A stretch of 64,000 nt of DNA from Cyanophora paradoxa CCMP329. Its lineage: Eukaryota > Plantae > Glaucophyta. Location: positions 1 through 64,000 of the forward strand of contig QPMI01000167.1 in assembly GCA_004431415.1 (NCBI GenBank), written 5' to 3'. Shown piece after piece: positions 60,484-64,000 of the stretch. Within the stretch, counting starts at the first letter, position 1; each line of letters begins with the position of its first letter. The position numbers were made by a program, and so were the translations under genes. Under the pieces are notes generated by a model. It worked only from the letters and a program-made list of their open reading frames with translations. It did no database searches and was not told where the DNA came from.

Positions 60484-61424
60484 ATGGAGGAGGGCGAAGC
60501 ATGCGACTACAGCGAGTGCTGGCCGCCCGGTGAGCCGGAGCTGCAGCTCGGTGGCCTGCTGCAGCTGTGCGGCACCGGCGCCAAGCAGCCTCCTGCCAGC
60601 GGAAGGCTGCAGACGCCGCAGCAACCGCCGCTCACAACGAGCTCGGTGCAGTTGTGGCCGCCAGTGCATCAGCTCGTGCCCGTGCCGCGGACGGTGCTTG
60701 CGGGGCCTTCTCAGCCGCAGTTCGAGCAGATGCCGCAGCAGACAGTGGCTGGCCCGGGCACGTCGTCACAGAAGCAGGCGGGGGCCGTCCTGCAGCACGC
60801 CAACGGGGCCGTGGCGGCCAGCGGCGTGTCCTCCCCGGCGCAGCAGCAGATGCGGGGTCAGGTACTGCAGCCGCTGCGGCACCCACAGCAGGCGCGCCCG
60901 CAGGTCCTGCAGGCCGCCATCCTCAGCACCGGCCTCGTCAAGAAGTCTCAGCAGGCCGACGCCGCGCCATCCCCTCCGGCCGCCCCGGGCCCGCAGGGCC
61001 GGCCCCTGCAGGGCGGACCGGGCTCCACGCAGGCGCCGCTCTCGACGGCGCGGGTCGAGGCAGCGCCTCCCTTCTCGACGAGAGCGGAGCTGGCCTCGCC
61101 CGCGACGCCGAGAGCAGGGCCTGCGGCGCCCCCGGCGCCGACAGCTGGGTCGGCGTTGCCCGCCGCGGTCAGAACGGAGCCGGCACTTTTCGCGGCGGGG
61201 AGAGCAGAGGCCGCGCCCCCTCGGGCGGTCAAAGCAGAGGCGGCGCGTCTTCCAGCGGCGAGAGCGGAACCGGCGCCGCACCTCGGGCCAAGGACGGAGG
61301 GGGCGCCTCTCGCGGCGGCGAGAGCGGAGGCGACGACTGATCACGACGCTGCTGGACAGGCCGTGCTCGGGTCGGGGGGTCGCCCCCGAGCGCAGAACTG
61401 GCGGCGGGAGGCGCGCCTGCTCGC

Positions 61425-61464
<40 letters not shown>

Positions 61465-61858
61465 GCGCCTCGGGCGGCGCTAGCGGAGCCGGGGCAGGTG
61501 CAGGGGCAGATGGGGCAGAACTGGCGGAAAGAGGCACGGTTCCTGGTCGAGCAGCGGCCGCCGCCGAGCGCCGAGCAGCGGCAGGCGCCGCAGGCCCTCT
61601 TCCGCCCCGCCCTCGCCGTCGTGCCCGCGCAGCAGCCCTTCCCCACGCAGCAGCCCGCCCGCCCCGTCACCCAGGCCCCGCAGCAGCAGCCAGCACAGGC
61701 GGCGCAGGCGCCGCCCCCGCATCTGATCGCGGTGCCTCTGCAGGCGGCTGGGGCGCGGCAGCCGCAGCAGCCCCTGCCGTTCGTGCAGATCCCCGTGCAG
61801 GTGCTTATGCGGCAGCAGCAACTGTTGCAGCAGCACGTGCTTCTACACAACCACAGCC

Positions 61859-61922
<64 letters not shown>

Positions 61923-63619
61923 CCTGCTGCCGCAAACCCCGCAAGGCCAGCAGCAGGCAGAGAAAGTGCAGCAGCAGACGCAGCAACAGCCGCAGCCGCA
62001 GCCGCAGCCGCAGAACCCAAAACCGAAGCCGAAACCCAAGCCGAAGGCGAATGCAGAGGAGGAGCAGGCAGGGGAGGCGGCTCGAGCGGGAGCGCAGGAG
62101 GGGAGCGGGGGGGCGGAGGAGGAGGGGGCGGGGCAGCGGGAGCGCAAGCGGCGGCGGGTGTGGACGGAGGAGCTCCACGGGCGCTTCCTCCGCGCCGTCG
62201 AGCGCACGGGCCTCTTCCGTGCGCCCCCGCGCCCCCGCCCGCTCCGCCTCCGCCCCCGGGCGGGCTGGAGCGGGGCGCAGGGGCGACGCCCAAGGGGGTG
62301 CTGGGGGAGCTCGCGGGCGAGGGCCTCACCCTCGAGCACGTCCGCTCCCACCTCCAGGTGCCCCCGGTCTCGCCGCGCCCGCCGCCCCCCGCCCGAGCCC
62401 GGCCCCGCGCAGAAGTACCGCGCCTCGATGCGCGCCGCGAACGGCACCTGGGACGTGCCCCACCCTCTCGAGGCCCCGCCCCAGGCCCCGCCCCAGGCCC
62501 CGCACCCCGCCCCCGTCGGCCCCGACCCCGCCCTCCTCGGCCCCGCCGCATCAGCCCCGCCGAGCCCCCACGCAGGTGCGCTCCGCCCCGCCCCGCGGGA
62601 TGCGCCAGGGGAGATGCGAGGGGGCTAGAGGGCCGCCGAGGCGTGCCGCGAGCGCGGGGTGGCTTTCGCGGCGCTGAGGGGGGCGCGTGGGCAGGGCCCC
62701 CCGCAGGCGCCCAGCCGCAGCAGCAGGCCGCCTGGCGCGCCCTGCACCCGACGCCCTCCCCGAGCACCCAGCCGCGCAGGCTGCTCGGGCGGGGTCCCTG
62801 GCAGCGACGCCGGCTTCGGGGGCGCCGGCGACGCCCGCGAAGAGGCCGGCCGCCGTCGCCACCGCCTCCCACCTCCGCTTCCTCCCCACCGCCGCTGCCG
62901 CCCCGCCCGTCCCCGCCGCCCCGCCGCCCCTGCCGGGTCCCCCTGCCGTCTTCACGACGCGCCCGCCGTGGCTGGCCTCGGGGGCGACCCCCGCGCAGGG
63001 TGGCCCAAGCGCGCGGGCCTCGCCGGCGACGGCCCCGGGGTCGGAGGCCTCGCGCCCCGCGAAGAAGCCGCGGCTCGAGCCGCCAGCGCAGGCCGGCCCC
63101 GCCGCCTCCGAGCAGGCCGCCGGCCCGCCCAAGCCCGGCCCCAAGCGCGGCCTCGCGAAGAGCGCCCGACCGGCCCCGGCTCCCGCGCAGGGCGCGGCGG
63201 AGGCGCAGGGCGCGCCGGGGACTCCGGCGGCCGCCGCCGCGCAGGGGAGGGCGGGGGCCGGCTCGCCTTGGACGGCGGGTGCGGGGGCGGGGCGAGCCAA
63301 GGAGGAGGTGCGGCGGGCAGCGCTGTTTGTGAGCGGGCGGGCCGGGGTGGAGCGGCACGGGGCGCGGCACGGGTGGAAGGCGCGGGTGGCCCTCGGCGGG
63401 CGCGAGTGGGACCTCGACGAGTGGGCCTTCCGCCGCCCCGACGCCGCCGCCCGCTTCCGGGACCGTGCGCAGCGCCCCCTCCCAGCCCGCCCCCTGCACC
63501 CCCTCAGCCTCCGCCCTCGCGCAGGCGTCATGCTGCTCCTCCACGGGCCCTCGCCCTCCTCCCGCCCCTCCCCGCCCCCGCCCCGCCCCCGCCCCCGCCC
63601 CGTCACTCCACGGCCCTGA
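60484..63619 (+). CDS. GARP (SHAQKYF-class Myb) transcription factor with polyQ and a C-terminal AP2-like segment; 3' end uncertain
   Basis: RKRRRVWTEELHGRFLRAVE..G..ATPKGVL...GLTLEHVRSHLQKYR across two introns; later GVERHGARHGWKARVALGG...FRRPDAAARFRDRVMLLLHG. Confidence 0.8.
61861..61920 (+). repeat. (CAG)20 coding microsatellite; a second (CAG)12 at 61426-61461
   Basis: Read directly. Confidence 0.98.
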
Positions 63620-64000
63620 GCGCCCCGCCGCCCCTTCCCCCGCCTCCTGCGGTGCTGCTCCGCCGCCCCCCGCCTCCTGCGCCCCGGGGCCCGCGCTGGC
63701 GGGCGCCTCCCCGCGCGGGCCGCCCGGCGCCCCGGGCCCCTCTCCGCCGCTGCAGGTCCAGCCTCCCGCGCCTGGTCCCCAAAGATCGCCCCGCCGCCAG
63801 AAGCGCTTCCGCAGCCGGCGCCTGCGCCAGCCGGCCCGCCCCGCCCGTCCCCGGCGACGCCGAGGCGGCCGCAGCCAGCGCCTTCTCCTGCAGCGTTGGC
63901 GGCAGCCACGGGGTCGCCTCTCCCGCCGGCGCCTCCTTCGGGGCCCCTCCCCTGCAAGCCCCTCCGCCGCGCGCCCCGGCGCCACAGCCGGCGGCGCCGG

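Noticed and set aside
128-63985. Numerous long Arg/Pro/Gly/Ala-rich ORFs on both strands
   Set aside because: Expected from extreme GC content (few stops) and read-through of GC-rich introns.

Overview
Eukaryotic nuclear DNA: very GC-rich and gene-dense, with many short (~50-70 nt) spliceosomal introns, so the supplied ORF track is mostly misleading and genes were rebuilt by eye across GT/GC-AG introns. A plastid transit-peptide-like N-terminus, a PAS-GAF-PHY-PAS phytochrome-like gene, a GARP factor and flagellar genes (kinesin-2, LRRC23) point to a flagellated alga; a glaucophyte such as Cyanophora is my inference only. About 22 host genes lie mostly in tight head-to-head pairs. There are two accessory islands. 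(i) ~3.9-12.6 kb: a tRNA-derived SINE, three head-to-tail copies of a non-autonomous Helitron-like element with an internal ~150-bp satellite, and an orphan gene; the repeat copies differ by short X-revcomp(X)-X inverted triplications. (ii) ~44.4-46.4 kb: a spliced, apparently intact 182-aa mini-Fanzor1 (TnpB family) with an NLS but no RuvC-I/REC/WED. Its last intron splits the DRDxNGAR|NV motif and holds a 72-bp tandem array, and a structured candidate omegaRNA region follows the stop. Other notable items: a phytochrome lacking its bilin-binding residues and PHY tongue, a BED-finger/double-hotdog thioesterase fusion, a GARP+AP2-like fusion, and frequent GC-AG introns.
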